The position numbers and the translations under genes are program-made. Source: Tubiluchus corallicola (Eukaryota; Animalia; Priapulida). From it: a stretch of 64,000 nucleotides of DNA. Under the pieces are notes generated by a model. The model was not told the DNA's origin. It made no database searches and saw only the letters and a program-made list of their open reading frames with translations. Positions 37,057 through 50,810 of the stretch are shown here, piece by piece. Where the stretch lies: NCBI GenBank assembly GCA_030141605.1, contig JAQGDQ010000006.1:1451067-1515066 (forward strand). Reading direction: 5' to 3'. How positions within the stretch are numbered: position 1 is the first letter of the stretch; each line of letters starts with the position of its first letter.

Positions 37057-38103
37057 GGCCAATTAGAAACGTCCTCCAAATGATAGCGGTCATGGCGTAA
37101 AAACTGGGTGCCAATTTCAGGAAAATGCACTAGTTTCTGGGCGGAAAATTACCATCGTTAGCGTATATACAGGATATTAAGCCCTACATTTATAGACAAT
37201 AACGCTGTGTTAATGTTTAAAGGTTTCCAGCAAGAAACACGGGTTAGTTGTTCGTTTTTTTCTATTTTTATGTGTTAGGCAAACGTGGACACCAAAACTT
37301 TAGTATAAATTATCGAAACTTCAGTATAATGACGAATTGGTTTATGACAATTTATAAGTGACTCCTCAATTAGACATATTACGTACGTTGTGTTTCAGGA
37401 AATGATAATTCGTTGTATTTTCTAAAAAATAATCATATGTATCTGTAAACTTAATAAAGATTTAAATTGTTTATTACAGAAAAATATCCGTTTCATAGAC
37501 AGATCATTGTATAACAAGTTTCAATAAATTTTTATTAGAAAAATGCAGTGTTTCTACTACATCATTTCCGGCCACCCGTCTTACTTGAATACACAGTTAC
37601 TTTGCAAACCTTTCAATTATTATGTCTTTTTTCGCTATATTACATCAACCCATATACATTTGTACCTCTAATGATATCGAAAAAGCAAAATATTTAATGA
37701 CGACTACGTGTTTTAACAAGCTCGGTTATACGTGTTAGCAACTTGTGCAACTTAGCAACAACGAACATGATAGCAACTTTTTGACATTTGTTTTAAACTT
37801 ACGAATTCTAATTAATATTACTCTAATTAATAGCAGTTGTGAATTGAGTTCGATTCCTCCAATGTTCACTGTTTAAATAAGTACTTGACTGTGGTTACGT
37901 TGTGCTGATGCTTTGCTGCTGTTATTCACTATGAGATTTTGCAGTATTATTTGTTCACTTAACATGCTTCATTCAATAGGACTTTCTGGACAACCCAATG
38001 CCCATTCTTAAAAGTTACGTCTCTTTGCGGTGTAGAAGGTATTGGGTTCGACTCTTCAGTCCCTTATAAGCATCTCGTTGACAAAACTAATGTCTAATGT
38101 GTC

Positions 38104-38227
38104 TAGACATAGACATAGACATAGACATAGACATAGACATAGACATAGACATAGACATAGACATAGACATAGACATAGACATAGACATAGACATAGACAT
38201 AGACATAGACATAGACATAGACATAGA
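38104..38227. repeat. (AGACAT)n microsatellite
   Basis: Visible, about 20 copies. Confidence 0.97.
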
Positions 38228-39184
38228 ACATTTATTTTCTCCAATTAGTTTAACATCAAACGTTTTTTAAATATTAAGTAATTATAATCATGGAGCAGGG
38301 CAGGGAAGGACCGTAGGGTCTTCTAGTCTCCTGCCATTTCTTATAAATAGATTAAGACATTAAAAATTAACGGTGATGCTGCAGATAACAAAAACAAAAA
38401 CAAATAAGAAAAAAATAATAATAAAAACAGTATAAATGATACAAATTATTCAAAAAGAACTGAAAACAAAAAATAATAAAGTTAGATCTAAACAAAACAA
38501 TACAATTATTCAGTAATTAGGATTATTATATGTAGTAGTTTCAAATGGGGTCTTATTAACAGGGGAATTTGGCCAAGGTTAGTGAGTAAAGTTAAAAACT
38601 GAGAGTACGGAAAGAAAAAAATAAGCATAAAAAGTGTAATATAGAAAAATTTATGAGAAAAAGTAACTATGAGAAAGAGCAACAATTACTTAGGAGATGA
38701 GTTTACTCTAGGTAAACTAATGTGTGGAATTATAGTACTAGTTACAAATTAGTCAGTGCGTGCCCTTGAGATGTATGCAACTAAGCAGAGTAGGACTAAA
38801 CCCAATAATTATTTGTAAACCTGTAAATTGGTGAGCAAGCTTCGCAGTAAACCGTTTGCCGTAAAAATAGATGCGCATATTATGAACAATACCAAGTTTT
38901 AAATACGAATACAGAATTTGGAGATTCTAATGTGAATTAAACGAAAAATTCAAATTTTCAAAAAATATCTTTTATCCATTAAGTTAAATCATTACTGACT
39001 TTAAAAAACTGTTCGATACCTTTCTGACACTTTAAATCGTTTTCTCTTGATTGGAAGTTGAAGTGGTGAGAGCGAGTATCTGTGCACTATCCTGATTTTT
39101 TTGTATTTTTAATTTCAATGCCAAAAATGTTTGCTTGTTCATGTACATCATATCTATGTTAACTCGTCTTAAGAAACTGCTAAT

Positions 39185-39303
39185 GTCTACGGCCATATCA
39201 CATTGAATACACCGGTTCTCGTCTGATCACCGAAGTTAAGCAATGTAGAGCGTGGTTAGTACTTGGATGGGGGACCGCCTAGGAATACCACGTGCTGTAG
39301 ACT
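39185..39303 (+). rRNA. 5S rRNA gene
   Basis: GTCTACGGCCATATCAC...GATCACCGAAGTTAAGC...GTTAGTACTTGGATGGG...GGAATACC...GTAGAC followed by an oligo-T terminator. Confidence 0.93.
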
Positions 39304-40007
39304 TTTTAGCTAGTGACTATTAACTATCAAAGTGTGTGCACAACACGACCGTTTCATTTTGACAGTATTGTTTTTGATTTTTGGAAGTTGAAGTGGTGAA
39401 AATAAATGTCTGTCTCGACATTATGTTGATTTTTTTTGCATTTTAATGTGAAAGACTATCTACTTGTTGCATTTCTCCAATATTATACAAAGTAAGGAAA
39501 AATGAAAATAAAACTAGAAAATCAGCCACTGTCCTTCAAAAATGATTTTTGATTTTCATAAAAAATCAAAACAGATACTTTGTTACTACGTTCACCTTCA
39601 TCTATCTATTATTTCTATATTATCTGTCTATAACAAAATGCAGAAGTTAAGCAACCTCAAACCTGGTTTTGCGTTTGAATGGGTGACTGCCCGGTACTTA
39701 CATTTTTCTAAATGATCAGGAAGGGTGATGACAAATGCTGTAAGATCTTTTTCACCACTCAAAAATGGATTTTTGTTCTGACAAATATTTTTAAATGAAG
39801 AATCTTTTTGCTTGTTCATGCTTGATCATTCCCATGTTTAATTATGTCATATCTAGAAGGTAATATACTTAAGCACGGTATTCAACCTCCCTGACATTTT
39901 ATAATTTCATGTGATATTTCTGTTTATACTTTGCATTAAAATGCTAAAAAGGTTTACTTGTTCATGTACATCATTTCTATGTTAACTCATCTTAAGAAAC
40001 TGTTAAT

Positions 40008-40126
40008 GTCTACTGCCATATCACATTGAAAACACCGGTTCTCGTCTGATCACCGAAGTTAAGCAATGTAAAGCGTGGTTAGTACTTGGATGGGTGACCG
40101 CCTAGGAATACCACGTGCTGTAGACT
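40008..40126 (+). rRNA. 5S rRNA gene (variant)
   Basis: Full-length copy 823 bp downstream, few substitutions, oligo-T. Confidence 0.9.
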
Positions 40127-40892
40127 TTTTAGCTAGTGACTATTATCTATCGAAGTGTGTGCACAACACGACCGTTTCATTTTAACAGTATTGTTTTTGA
40201 TTTTTGGAAGTCGAAGTGGTGGGAATAAGTGTCTGTCTCGACATTATGTTGATTTTTATTTGCTTTGCATTTTAATGTCTAAAACTATCTAGTAGTAGTA
40301 GTAGTAGTAGTAGTAAAATCTTTATTCGCCATTATAAAACATTGACCATCATATTAAAAGACAGACAATCAGTGTTAGTCCATATAAAAAACATACACTG
40401 TTCTAGGCAAATGCGTCTGGTGCAAGCTAAACTATAAGTGCAACTAGAAATTCAAAAAATAAAATATAAACTAGTTTAGTAAGGTCTAGGAAAAATGAAA
40501 TTATGATTTGAGTAAGTATCATCGTGTTCGTATGTCGGATAATGTCAAAAACTATCTATTTGCTACGTTTCTCGAATATTACACAATGTGAAGAAAAATG
40601 AAAATAAAACTAGAAAATCAGCCACTGCCCTTCAAAAATTATTTTTGATTTTCATAAAAAATCAAAACAGATACTTTGTTCCTACGTTCACCTTAATCTA
40701 TCTATTATTTCTATATTATCTCTTTTCAACGAAATACAGAAGTTAAGCAACCTGGAACCTGGTTTGGTTTTGTGTTTGAATGGGTGACTGCCCTTGGCTT
40801 ACATTTTTTTAAATGGACGGGAAGGGTTCTGACAAAAGCTGTAAAATCTTCTTCAACACTCAAAAATGGATTTTTGTTCTGACAGATATTTT

Positions 40893-42955
40893 TGTAAAAC
40901 TATGTCACGAAGATTTTGCATATTGTGTTTTTTTGTTCCACATGTGTGCGCCATTTTTGTTCCAGTGGCAAAATTCGATTTTATGCGTGATAAACAATTT
41001 ACAGTTTTAAATAAATCTTTTTGTATTAAATAATTGGAACTTATCCGTGATTGTATTTATATTTTGGTACGGAACTGCCGGGAAAAGAGACCTTTAGATG
41101 AGTATGGCTGAGTGTGATAAAATTAAACACTCTAGAAGTAGATCCAAGGGTTGGGTGAAGACTGGCATAAAATTACTAAAAGAGGCGATGTCTAGTGAAA
41201 CGCCTAACTTTGTGTTTGTTCAGCAAAAATTAGAGAACCTTGGAAAATATATTGCCACCTTTAATGAAACAGAAGTGTAGTTAGAAGATTATTTAGAAGG
41301 TGAAGAACTTGAACAAGCGATTATAGAGGCAAGTGAATTAATCAACACAGCGGAATTAATTTCTGCTCAGGCACTAAGTTTGCTAAAACCAGATTCAAGA
41401 CCATGTAGTCCTAGTGATTTCCAGCGACATGCAAGTGATAATGATTTTGTCTTGCGACGAGTGAATAACTGTGATTTAGCACGTAGTGAAAGTGCAGCGA
41501 ATTTACCAACTAATAATGTAGTCGGTGCAGAAGTCACCAACATAAAACTACCTAAATTGCAACTGCCAACTTTCAGTGGTGACCCATTGAAGTTTTACGA
41601 ATTTTGGGACATGTTCGTTGCCTCTGTGGATGCTAAACCTGTACCAGACGTTCATAAACTTGTTTACTTAAAGAGCTTACTTAAAGGTGAAGCTGCTCAT
41701 GTGATAGATGGCCTGCAGCCTGTAGATGGCAATTATAAGGAAGCTGTTTCTTTGTTAAAGGAGAGATTTGGTGATAAAGACGCAATCGAGATGTCATTGT
41801 TAAAAAAACTGTGGCAGTTAAAGCCCATCACCGATTCGAAAAATATTGAAGCACAAGGAAGTTTTGTAGATGAGCTTGAAGTTGTTATAAGAGGCCTCAG
41901 TGCAATGGGACTTAGTACAGAAGAATTAGGTAAAACCCTAAAACCTCTCTTTCTAGCAAAAATTCCATATGCTTGGCGTGTTGAATGGGAGTGAATGAGA
42001 AGGCGTGAAGATGACAGCGTGAAGATGACACAACATGCTTTGAAAAATTTCGACAGTTCATGAAAAGCGAAGTTGATATTAGACGAAAGGCTGCTTCATA
42101 TACTCGCCATAGAGAGTCTGGTGAATTTAGTCGTCGTGCTGGGTATAAGAATTTAGGTGTGAGGAGCACCCTAGATTCAGTTTCTCTTCTTCAGTCTAGT
42201 GATTTTTGTGGAAACACCAAAAATGCGCCTACAGCTTCAAAGAATTCCCATTGTTTATTTTGTGGCAGAGCTCAACATATGTGGCTTGATTGTGCGTCTC
42301 TTCCTACTAAGACTTTGCAAGAGCGAAAACAGAAGGTTGCTGAGCAGCACCGTTGTTTTTTGTGTCTTGGTTTAAACCACAGAGCTGATACTTGCCGTAA
42401 ACCTCCATGCAACCGATGTAGTAAATGGCATCATTATTTATTGTGCAATTCAATTGCTGGCTGCTTCCAGGTGAGTCCTTATGTTAAAAGAGGTTCAAAT
42501 ACTTCTGATGCAAGTGTTGATGTTCCATCAGTTCATTTACAGTCTTTTTGTACGAATGTTGTGTTCTTAATGACTGCGACTGCTGTTTTGGAAGATACCA
42601 AATCGTCAATTCCTATTCGTGTTTTTATAAATCCTGGTGCCACTACCTCTCTTATTTTGTGTGATGTTGCAGAGCGAGCAGGTTGCGAAATTATAGGCGA
42701 GCGTAATCTTTCGTTAGCTATTATGGGTGGACTTAGCACACCGCAACAGAAATGCCACATTGTTCGTGCTAAACTTCGAACAAATACAGGAAAAATTGTG
42801 ACCTTTAATGCCACCACCCAAGATAAACTAGTGAGACCCTTTCCGGCATGTTCTGAGGGTGATTGGTTAGGAGACTTAAAGGGCATGATCCTAGGTGACC
42901 CAGAGATTCTTTGTGGCAATCCACGAGAAATTCATCTACTGGTTGGTATCCCCCA
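40893..42955 (+). mobile_element. BEL/Pao LTR retrotransposon 5' remnant (LTR-like segment, PBS-like site, gag-protease pseudogene) in a 5S spacer
   Basis: KLPKLQLPTFSGDPLKFYEFWDMF..KLVYLKSLLKGEA..NY..RFG (DUF1759-like); three Cys/His knuckles; protease-like RVFINPGATTSLI; stop near 41280 and frameshift near 41995; tggtacggaac at 41065; truncated before RT. Confidence 0.9.
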
Positions 42956-43291
42956 AAGATGATTTTTGATTTTTATAAAAAAAAATCAAAACAGTTTACC
43001 TTGTTCTTGTGTTTCGCTTAATCTATCCATTATTTCTACGTTATCTGTCTGTAACAAAATGCAGAAGTTGAGCAACCTCGAACCTGGTTTTGCGTTTGAA
43101 TGGGTGACTGCCCAGGACTTGTAAATTATGTCATATTTAAAAGGCAATATACTTGAGCACGGTATTTCCACCTCCCTGATACTTTACAATTTCATGTGAT
43201 ATTTTTATTTATACTTTGCATTACAATACTAGAAATATTTGCTGTTCATGTACATCATTTCTATGTTAACTCGTCTTAAGAAACTGCTAAT

Positions 43292-43410
43292 GTCTACGGC
43301 CATATCACATTGAATACACCGGTTCTCGTCTGATCACCGAAGTTAAGCAATGTAGAGCGTGGTTAGTACTTGGATGGGTGACCGCCTAGGAATACCACGT
43401 GCTGTAGTCT
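43292..43410 (+). rRNA. 5S rRNA gene
   Basis: Full-length copy with oligo-T. Confidence 0.9.
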
Positions 43411-44249
43411 TTTTAGTGATTGACAATTATCTAGCGAAGTGTGTGCACAACACGAACACTTTAGATTGTCTTTGATTTTTGGAAGTTGAAGTGGTGGAAA
43501 TAAATGTCTGTCTCGACCTTACGTTGATTTTTATTTTTTTGCATTTTAATGTGAAAAACTATCTATTTGTTACGTTTCTCGAATGTTACACAAGGTAAGG
43601 AAAAATGAAAATAAACTAGAAAATCAGCCACTGCCCTTCAAAAATGATTTTTGATTTTCATAAAAAATCAAAACAGGTACTTTGTTATGCTTGGAAATCG
43701 TAGTAATCGTAGTATGCGTAGAAAATCAGCCACTGCCCTTCAAAACTGATTTTTGATTTTCATAAAAAATCAAAACAGGTACTTTGTTACTACGTTCACC
43801 GTAATCTATCTACTGTTTCTATATTATCTCTTTTTAACGAAATGCAGAAGTTAAGCAACCTCGAACCTGGTTTGGTTTTGCGTTTGAATGGGTGACTGCC
43901 CGGCGACTGCTGATGCTGGTAACTTCTTAACTTGGTGCTTAGACTTTTTTAAATGGTCAGGAAGGGTGATGAAAAATGCTGTAAGATCTTCTTCACCACT
44001 CAAAAATGGATTTTTGTTCTGACAAATATTTTTAAATGAAGAATATTTTTGCTTGTTCATGCTTGATCATTCTCATGTTTAATTATGTCATATTTAGAAG
44101 GTAATATACTTGAGCTCGGTATTTCAACCTCCCTGATACTTTATAATTTCATGTTATATTTTTATTTATACTTTGCATTACAATACTAAAAAGGTTTGCT
44201 TGTTCATGTACATCATTTCTATGTTAACTCGTCTTAAGAAACTCCTAAT

Positions 44250-44314
44250 GTCTACGGCCATATCACATTGAATACACCAGTAATCGTCTGATCACCGAAG
44301 TTAAGCAATGTAGA
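44250..44314 (+). pseudogene. Truncated 5S rRNA (5' half)
   Basis: 5S sequence stops after AAGCAATGTAGA, where a satellite begins. Confidence 0.9.
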
Positions 44315-45085
44315 CTATTGTCTACAGTGCACTCTTGTCTACAGTGCACTCTTGTCTACTGTGCACTATTGTCTACAGTGCACCCTTGTCTACAGTGTAC
44401 TCTTGTCTACAGTGCACTATTGTCTACAGTGCACTATTGTCTACAGTGCACTCTTGTCTACTGTGCACTCTTGTCTACTGTGCACTATTGTCTACAGTGC
44501 ACTATTGTCTACTGTGCACTATTGTCTACAGTGCACTCTTGTCTACTGTGCACTCTTGTCTACTGTGCACTATTGTCTACTGTGCACTATTGTCTACTGT
44601 GCACTATTGTCTACAGTGCACTCTTGTCTACTGTGCACTCTTGTCTACTGTGCACTATTGTCTACTGTGCACTATTGTCTACAGTGAACTCTTGTCTACT
44701 GTGCACTATTGTCTACAGTGCACTCTTGTCTACTGTGCACTCTTGTCTACTGTGCACTATTGTCTACTGTGCACTATTGTCTACAGTGAACTCTTGTCTA
44801 CTGTGCACTATTGTCTACCGTGCACTATTGTCTACCATGCACTATTGTCTACTGTGCACTATTGTCTACTGTGCACTCTTGTCTACAGTGAACTCTTGTC
44901 TACTGTGCACTATTGTCTACAGTGCACTCTTGTCTACTGTGCACTCTTGTCTACTGTGCACTATTGTCTACTGTGCACTATTGTCTACAGTGAACTCTTG
45001 TCTACTGTGCACTATTGTCTACCGTGCACTATTGTCTACCGTGCACTATTGTCTACAGTGCACTATTGTCTACTGTGCACTATTG
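44315..45085. repeat. 17-bp satellite, about 45 copies
   Basis: Unit ct(a/c)ttgtctac(a/t)gtgca. Confidence 0.97.
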
Positions 45086-46580
45086 AGCTTTAAAACCAAG
45101 ACTTCGTATACTTAAAAGTAAAAGGTCATTTACTGCCATTGTCAGCAAAAACAATGGAGAAAAATCGTGGCATGGATTTTTTGCAAAAAATTACGGATTC
45201 ATGCAACCAAAGTCCACTGCAAGATGCTGCAGACTTCGACGAATTATCAGCAGCTCAGAAAATTACACAGAAAAAAGCTTAGAATCAATGCGATTAGCTG
45301 CATTAAAGACCTTCGGTTACACCAAGAGACTTAGCTAATTAACTTCAGTAATTGCTATAATGTAGTTGCTTTGTGACATATGCTGTGATTACAATCCCAC
45401 ATATTCGCCTGTTTTTCCATTACTTCCTTGTATAATTGTTGTCTGATAAACAGTTTCTCTGTCTGTTCTTTGTTCTCTGCTTGATTGGTTGGTTGGGTGG
45501 CATACTAGCTGTCAGACATTGGTTGATTGGTTGTTTGGTGAGTAAGTCGGTTGTTCAGACAACCGATTGGTTGGTTGACTGATTGAGAAGTAGGTGTAGT
45601 TCTGAATGTGCTTGTCGTGTTGTACACTGGATGCATGTCTCCTAGCTTGCTTACTTGGAAAGCTTTTTAGGTGCTTTGCAGAGTAGTGAGTTGATTGTGT
45701 GTTTTCTTTTATTTGACTGATTAATTTTCAAGTTTAATTTGTTTCCATGACACTTTCGCGTTAACTGTATTTTGCCGCTTGATATTGTTGGGATATTTCT
45801 CAGATATAAGGCATTACATGTGTTCCATTAATGTAATTAGTCAATTGTGTTCGTGATTTCGCTCTTTGTCCCTTGTATAGCTGTTTTCCATGTAACAGAT
45901 TTCTGTGTATTATCTGGTCTTCAATATAAAAATCATGTACGTCTTTATGTTATTACTTTGTAAGCTTTGTACCTTTACTAAATTTAGCTGCTTATGTTTG
46001 CATTTGCATACAAACCTTAGTTCACATTTTTATAGTTATTTGTGCTATTTGTACTTTACTTTTCATTAATTTCTATTAACTGTAGAACTTATTGTTAATA
46101 TATTATAATGTTAATATAATATAACAATTATCATATTGACAATTTTGCTGTTCTTTTTTACAAAAATTTATTTCTCACAAAGAAGAGTTTCAGAATTATA
46201 CACAACCGATTTAGATTTCTATTTTTAACGTCTCATGATAAACGTGCAGCGATTAACTTTTAATTTATTTTCTTTGTATGGAGAATCCTCAAAACGACTC
46301 GAATCGAAACAAGGGAATATTTTACCTTCACATACAGATATAGTAAAGATAACTTAGACTAGCATTTACATCTTTTACATTAGAAAAACATTGAAAAGGC
46401 AGTCTGAAATATAACAGCTACAAGTGGATCTGAAACAAACGTGGATATATCAAGGAGAAGTGGATCTACGTCAAGCACGGATGGACTCCGGATCTGTTGA
46501 AGAACTATTCTACTGTCCATAACTGTAGAAGTATTGTAAAAAGAATGTTCAATCTATGTTCAACTTGGGAATCACAGGAT

Positions 46581-47532
46581 TTACCAGAAACCACCACCGT
46601 ATCCACGGCCATAAGATACACGTCCGTAGCCACCAAGTCCACCGTATCCACGTCCGTAGTAACCACGGCCATATCCACCATATCCACCAAATCCACCATA
46701 TCCACGTCCGTAGTAACCACCGCCATATCCACCAAATCCACCGTATCCACTTCCATATCCGTAACCTAATCCACGTCCATAGCCAAGGCCACGTCCATAG
46801 CCCAAGCCTCGTCCGTAGCTGCCACCATAAAATCCGCTGGCACTGACTACAGCAACCTACAAATGTATTATCAATGAAACTGTTGTACAAATGAACTTAT
46901 CAATGAAACTGTTGTACACGTGAACTTATCAATGAAACTGTTGTACAAATGAACTATCAATGAAACTGTTGTACAAATGAACTATCAATGAAACTGTTGT
47001 ACAAATGTACTTATCAATGAAACTGTTGTACAAATAAACTTATCAATGAAACTGTTGTACAAATGTACTTATCAATGAAACTGTTGTACAAATAAACTTA
47101 TCAATGAAACTGTTGTACAAATGAACTATCAATGAAACTGTTGTACAAATGTACTTATCAATGAAACTGTTGTACAAATGAACTTATCAATGAAACTGTT
47201 GTACAAATGAACTTATCAATGAAACTGTTGTACAAATGTATTATCAATGAAACTGTTATACAAATAAAAACTTCTTGTTCTTTTAACTTCTTTTGTCTCC
47301 AAATGTAATTAAATAGTTTGACTGAAATGTTGTTGGCTAACACAAACCAATGCCAAGTACATGTGTCGACGTACTTTGATTGATGCAGTAAAGGCTACGT
47401 TGTATTAAATAGAAACGTGAATGTAAATTAACTAGGTGTGGTACTCGAACATGAACAATTGGCTAAATTGTGAAATTCCGTCCATAGACGACTTACCAAA
47501 ACGGCAAGGAGGAAAGCTAGAGTGATCTTCAT
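46581..47532 (-). CDS. Small secreted Gly/Tyr/Arg-rich structural protein, about 103 aa; exons 47532-47497 and 46856-46581
   Basis: MKITLAFLLAVL|VAVVSA signal peptide with GT-AG phase-0 intron, then (YGRGLG)/(GGYGG) repeats ending GGGFW*. Confidence 0.9.
46860..47265. repeat. 28-29-bp intronic minisatellite, about 14 copies
   Basis: Unit aatgaaactgttgtacaaatgaacttatc. Confidence 0.95.
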
Positions 47533-48849
47533 TTTCCTAACAAGAAAAAATATTTAATTAACAAACTAGAACTTGAATGGGCATTCGATAAAAAATCAAT
47601 AATTGTCATTTTCCAAATTATTTTAGCATAAAACTGACAATGCTCTAATGATCAATGTTGTTTGGTGAAGAGACTGCAATCAAAAGTGATGAAAACTCAC
47701 CTAATGCTGATCAAGGGTTAAATAAAGTGTTTGATACATGTATTAGTACAACATGTATTATACTAAATTTCGCAAAAAAGAAGACAATTAGTCAGTTTGT
47801 GCTAAATTTCTTTGGTAGCCAAAGTTAAGCAGTCGCAAAAAGACTGTGAAGCATCAATGAACGCCTGGATTAAGTTTAGATTATGCCGGTTTAGTAGCGG
47901 AAACCGTTTAAAACAGAATTTTGATACGTTCAATATTTTGATGGCTTAGAGGTAAACGTATTATGTAAAATTTGCAATAAATTAAGACATTTGTGCTAAA
48001 TTTCCTTCTTAGCAAAAATTAAACAAACTCGAAAAGCTAAAAGAGACAAAAACGGGGATAGGTATGTACATTTTACGTTTTCAAACAGTTTCCCTTACTG
48101 ACTCGTACGTTTCAAAATGTAAAATAATTTCGTCTCAATCTTGCTACTCCTATATTGTAGATAAAGTTTGTCGTAAATGTTAAGATAAAACGAAACATCT
48201 TGTAAGTTTACTCTTCAAAAAATACCACTGAATGTATTACCAAGAAATCTTTCAAACATTTTAAAAAAAGTTGCCGTTTGTAACGATAAAAAACGCAGTT
48301 CGTAAGATGACTAGGTCATATACTAAAACTTCAAAATGCTTACTTTAGTAATAGTAAAAAATACTTACAATTATAAGTTGAGTTGAGATTCGTGTGGTAC
48401 CACAGACGACAGGCGTATGGTAGCAACACCGGTCTCATCACGCCTTAAATACTTCCATCGGCTGGTGACCATGAGAGTCAAGCTCTTAATCACAGATACC
48501 TGAAGTCAGCAGCAGCAGTAGCAGCCGGATTTTTAACGAACAACCTTCTGTCACCCATCAAAATAAAAGTGTTGTTTTCTGTCCTGAGAGACCGCGCATG
48601 TAATTTAAAGCCCTAGCAAGGCAGTTACTGAATATGAAACAAACAGAAAAACAATGACGTCTCTGTGCATTACCAGTGTAAATTAACGTTAGTGGAAGGT
48701 TGGAAAAACGCCTTTTATTTGAATGCATGTGTTTTGTTGATACTGATAATTATTTTCCCTAAAAAAACTTGAAGGGTACAGGGGGTAAGTGATTTGTAGT
48801 TAATTGTGCTCAACAGAAAATTGGAGACATAGTTTAGACAACAAGCAAT

Positions 48850-50180
48850 ACATTTTAGCGGCATTTTTGGATTTAAGTAAAGCATTCGATAGCATTAACG
48901 CTCGAACTACTTTACGATAACTTAAAACAAATCAGATTTTATTCGATATCGTTAAAACTGATAGAAAATCATCTCAAAGATGGACAAGAACGAGTAATGA
49001 TACAACCAACTTTTCTGACTGGGCAACGTTAAACAGACGTATACCGCAAGGAACACTACTACTTTATTATTTTGCCTATATATAAACAACATATCCAGTG
49101 TATTACAACACTCACAAATAACGCTGATGACACTACAATCTACATAGCCCATGAAAATATCCAAACTGCAAAAATTTATTTAGAAAAAGATATAAAAAAT
49201 ATAAATACGGCATTTAGTCATTACAAGCTAAATATGAATAATGACAAAACATAAACCATGATACTGTCACCCTCATTAAATACTAATGATGCATCATCAA
49301 CCACTTTGACAATAGATAATGCTGTAATCAAACAAACTAATAATGATAAATTTCTGGGCATACAGGTAGACAATAATCTTTCACGGGATGACACTTTAAT
49401 AACATATACACAAAAATGGCATCAAGCACATCATATCTCCGACAAGTTAAAGGGCAGCTAATAAAGGAAACTAAGTCACTAATATATAAAACTTTAGTTC
49501 TACCACACTTCTTATATGGATGTACGCTACTTCAAAAAACCAAAAGAGAAAATTACTTAAAATTAAATCTCCTTCAGAACTATGTGTTGAGATTAATAGC
49601 TGGGTACTCATACAAACGTAAGGCAGGTAGACAAAAATTTAAAGCTTCAACAACTAACCTGAGAAAAACGTAAAAATTCCCAATCATTGAAGCACACAAA
49701 GAATATTTTACTCTGCTTTTTACATTTAAATACATTAACAACATCAGCAAACCATTCCGGAATAACAGATTTACCTTTTTTCCAAGTCTAATCGTTAATT
49801 CCAGAACAAGCAATCTAAAACAAATTAGGACAAATACCCACTATGGAACGAACTCTGTAATCAAACAAGCAATTCTACTTTGGAATTCTCTACCATTACA
49901 GGTTAAACAAATCAAGTCCCTATCAGCATTTAAAACAAAATTAAAATAACTAATATTAACCTAATATGAAATATCATCACACCAGTACGACAACATACAC
50001 ACTAATTCAGAATTTATATATCCACGGCCATATTAATTAAATCATACTTTTTTCGTTTTTTGTTCATAGTTGTAAATATGCTTGATTTTATTCGTCATTA
50101 CTGCACAGTAAGTTTAGCAGTGTAAGTTTTTATTAACTAACACTGATTGATCATCTCTGTAAAGTTACTCTTACTTTACC
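48850..50180 (+). mobile_element. Degenerate CR1/L2-group LINE, RT to 3' end
   Basis: FLDLSKAFDSIN, PQG, NADDTTIY, KFLGIQVDNNL, IYKTLVLPHFLYG, LWNSLP..FKTKLK with stops and frameshifts; followed by (TCAC)n. Confidence 0.85.
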
Positions 50181-50297
50181 TCACTCACTCACTCACTCAC
50201 TCACTCACTCACTCACTCACTCACTCACTCACTCACTCACTCACTCACTCACTCACTCACTCACTCACTCACTCACTCACTCACTCACTCACTCACT
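50180..50297. repeat. (TCAC)n microsatellite
   Basis: Visible. Confidence 0.97.
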
Positions 50298-50302
50298 TAC
50301 TC

Positions 50303-50530
50303 CTGCAGCACCTGGTATTCCTTGTTGGTCCCCCATCCAAGTACTAACCCCCCTCTTCGTTGCTTAACTTCGGTGATCAGAAGAGAACCGGTGTCTTCAA
50401 CGTGATTTGAACCTAGTATTCCTTGTCGGTCACCCATCCAAGTACTAACCCGCCTCTTCGTTGCTTAACTTCGGTGATCAGACGAGAACCCTTGTCATCA
50501 ACCTGTTTTGAACAACCGGTATTTTCAACG
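50303..50530 (-). pseudogene. Two tandem partial 5S-derived copies (antisense, different 5S type) plus a short fragment
   Basis: Reverse complement contains CTGATCACCGAAGTTAAGCAACGAAGAG..GTTAGTACTTGGATGGG..GGAATAC twice (about 50303-50410 and 50411-50490). Confidence 0.85.
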
Positions 50531-50810
50531 CCGTAATTGTGTATAAGCAGATGCGCGTGATATACAAGAATTGCAAACTTGCTACATAGGAACATGTACT
50601 AATGCGTATAAATTGTCCTCAAATACCAGTAAAATCCACACTAAGTTTCGTTTATTAACAATCAGTATGCAAATCAGTAACAACAGTATACAAACATGTT
50701 TAATATTAGCCTATATCGATTCGATTTTTTTACTTTTTCAAGAACGGAAGTGAACGAGTTAAAAAAAGACAAAAATTCGGATTTCCGTGATAAGTAATCT
50801 AGCTTGTCGC

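Noticed and set aside
44318-45115. Cys-rich 265/252-aa ORFs resembling metallothionein or keratin-associated proteins
   Set aside because: Translations of a 17-bp satellite, open in all three frames, without a credible start or signal peptide.
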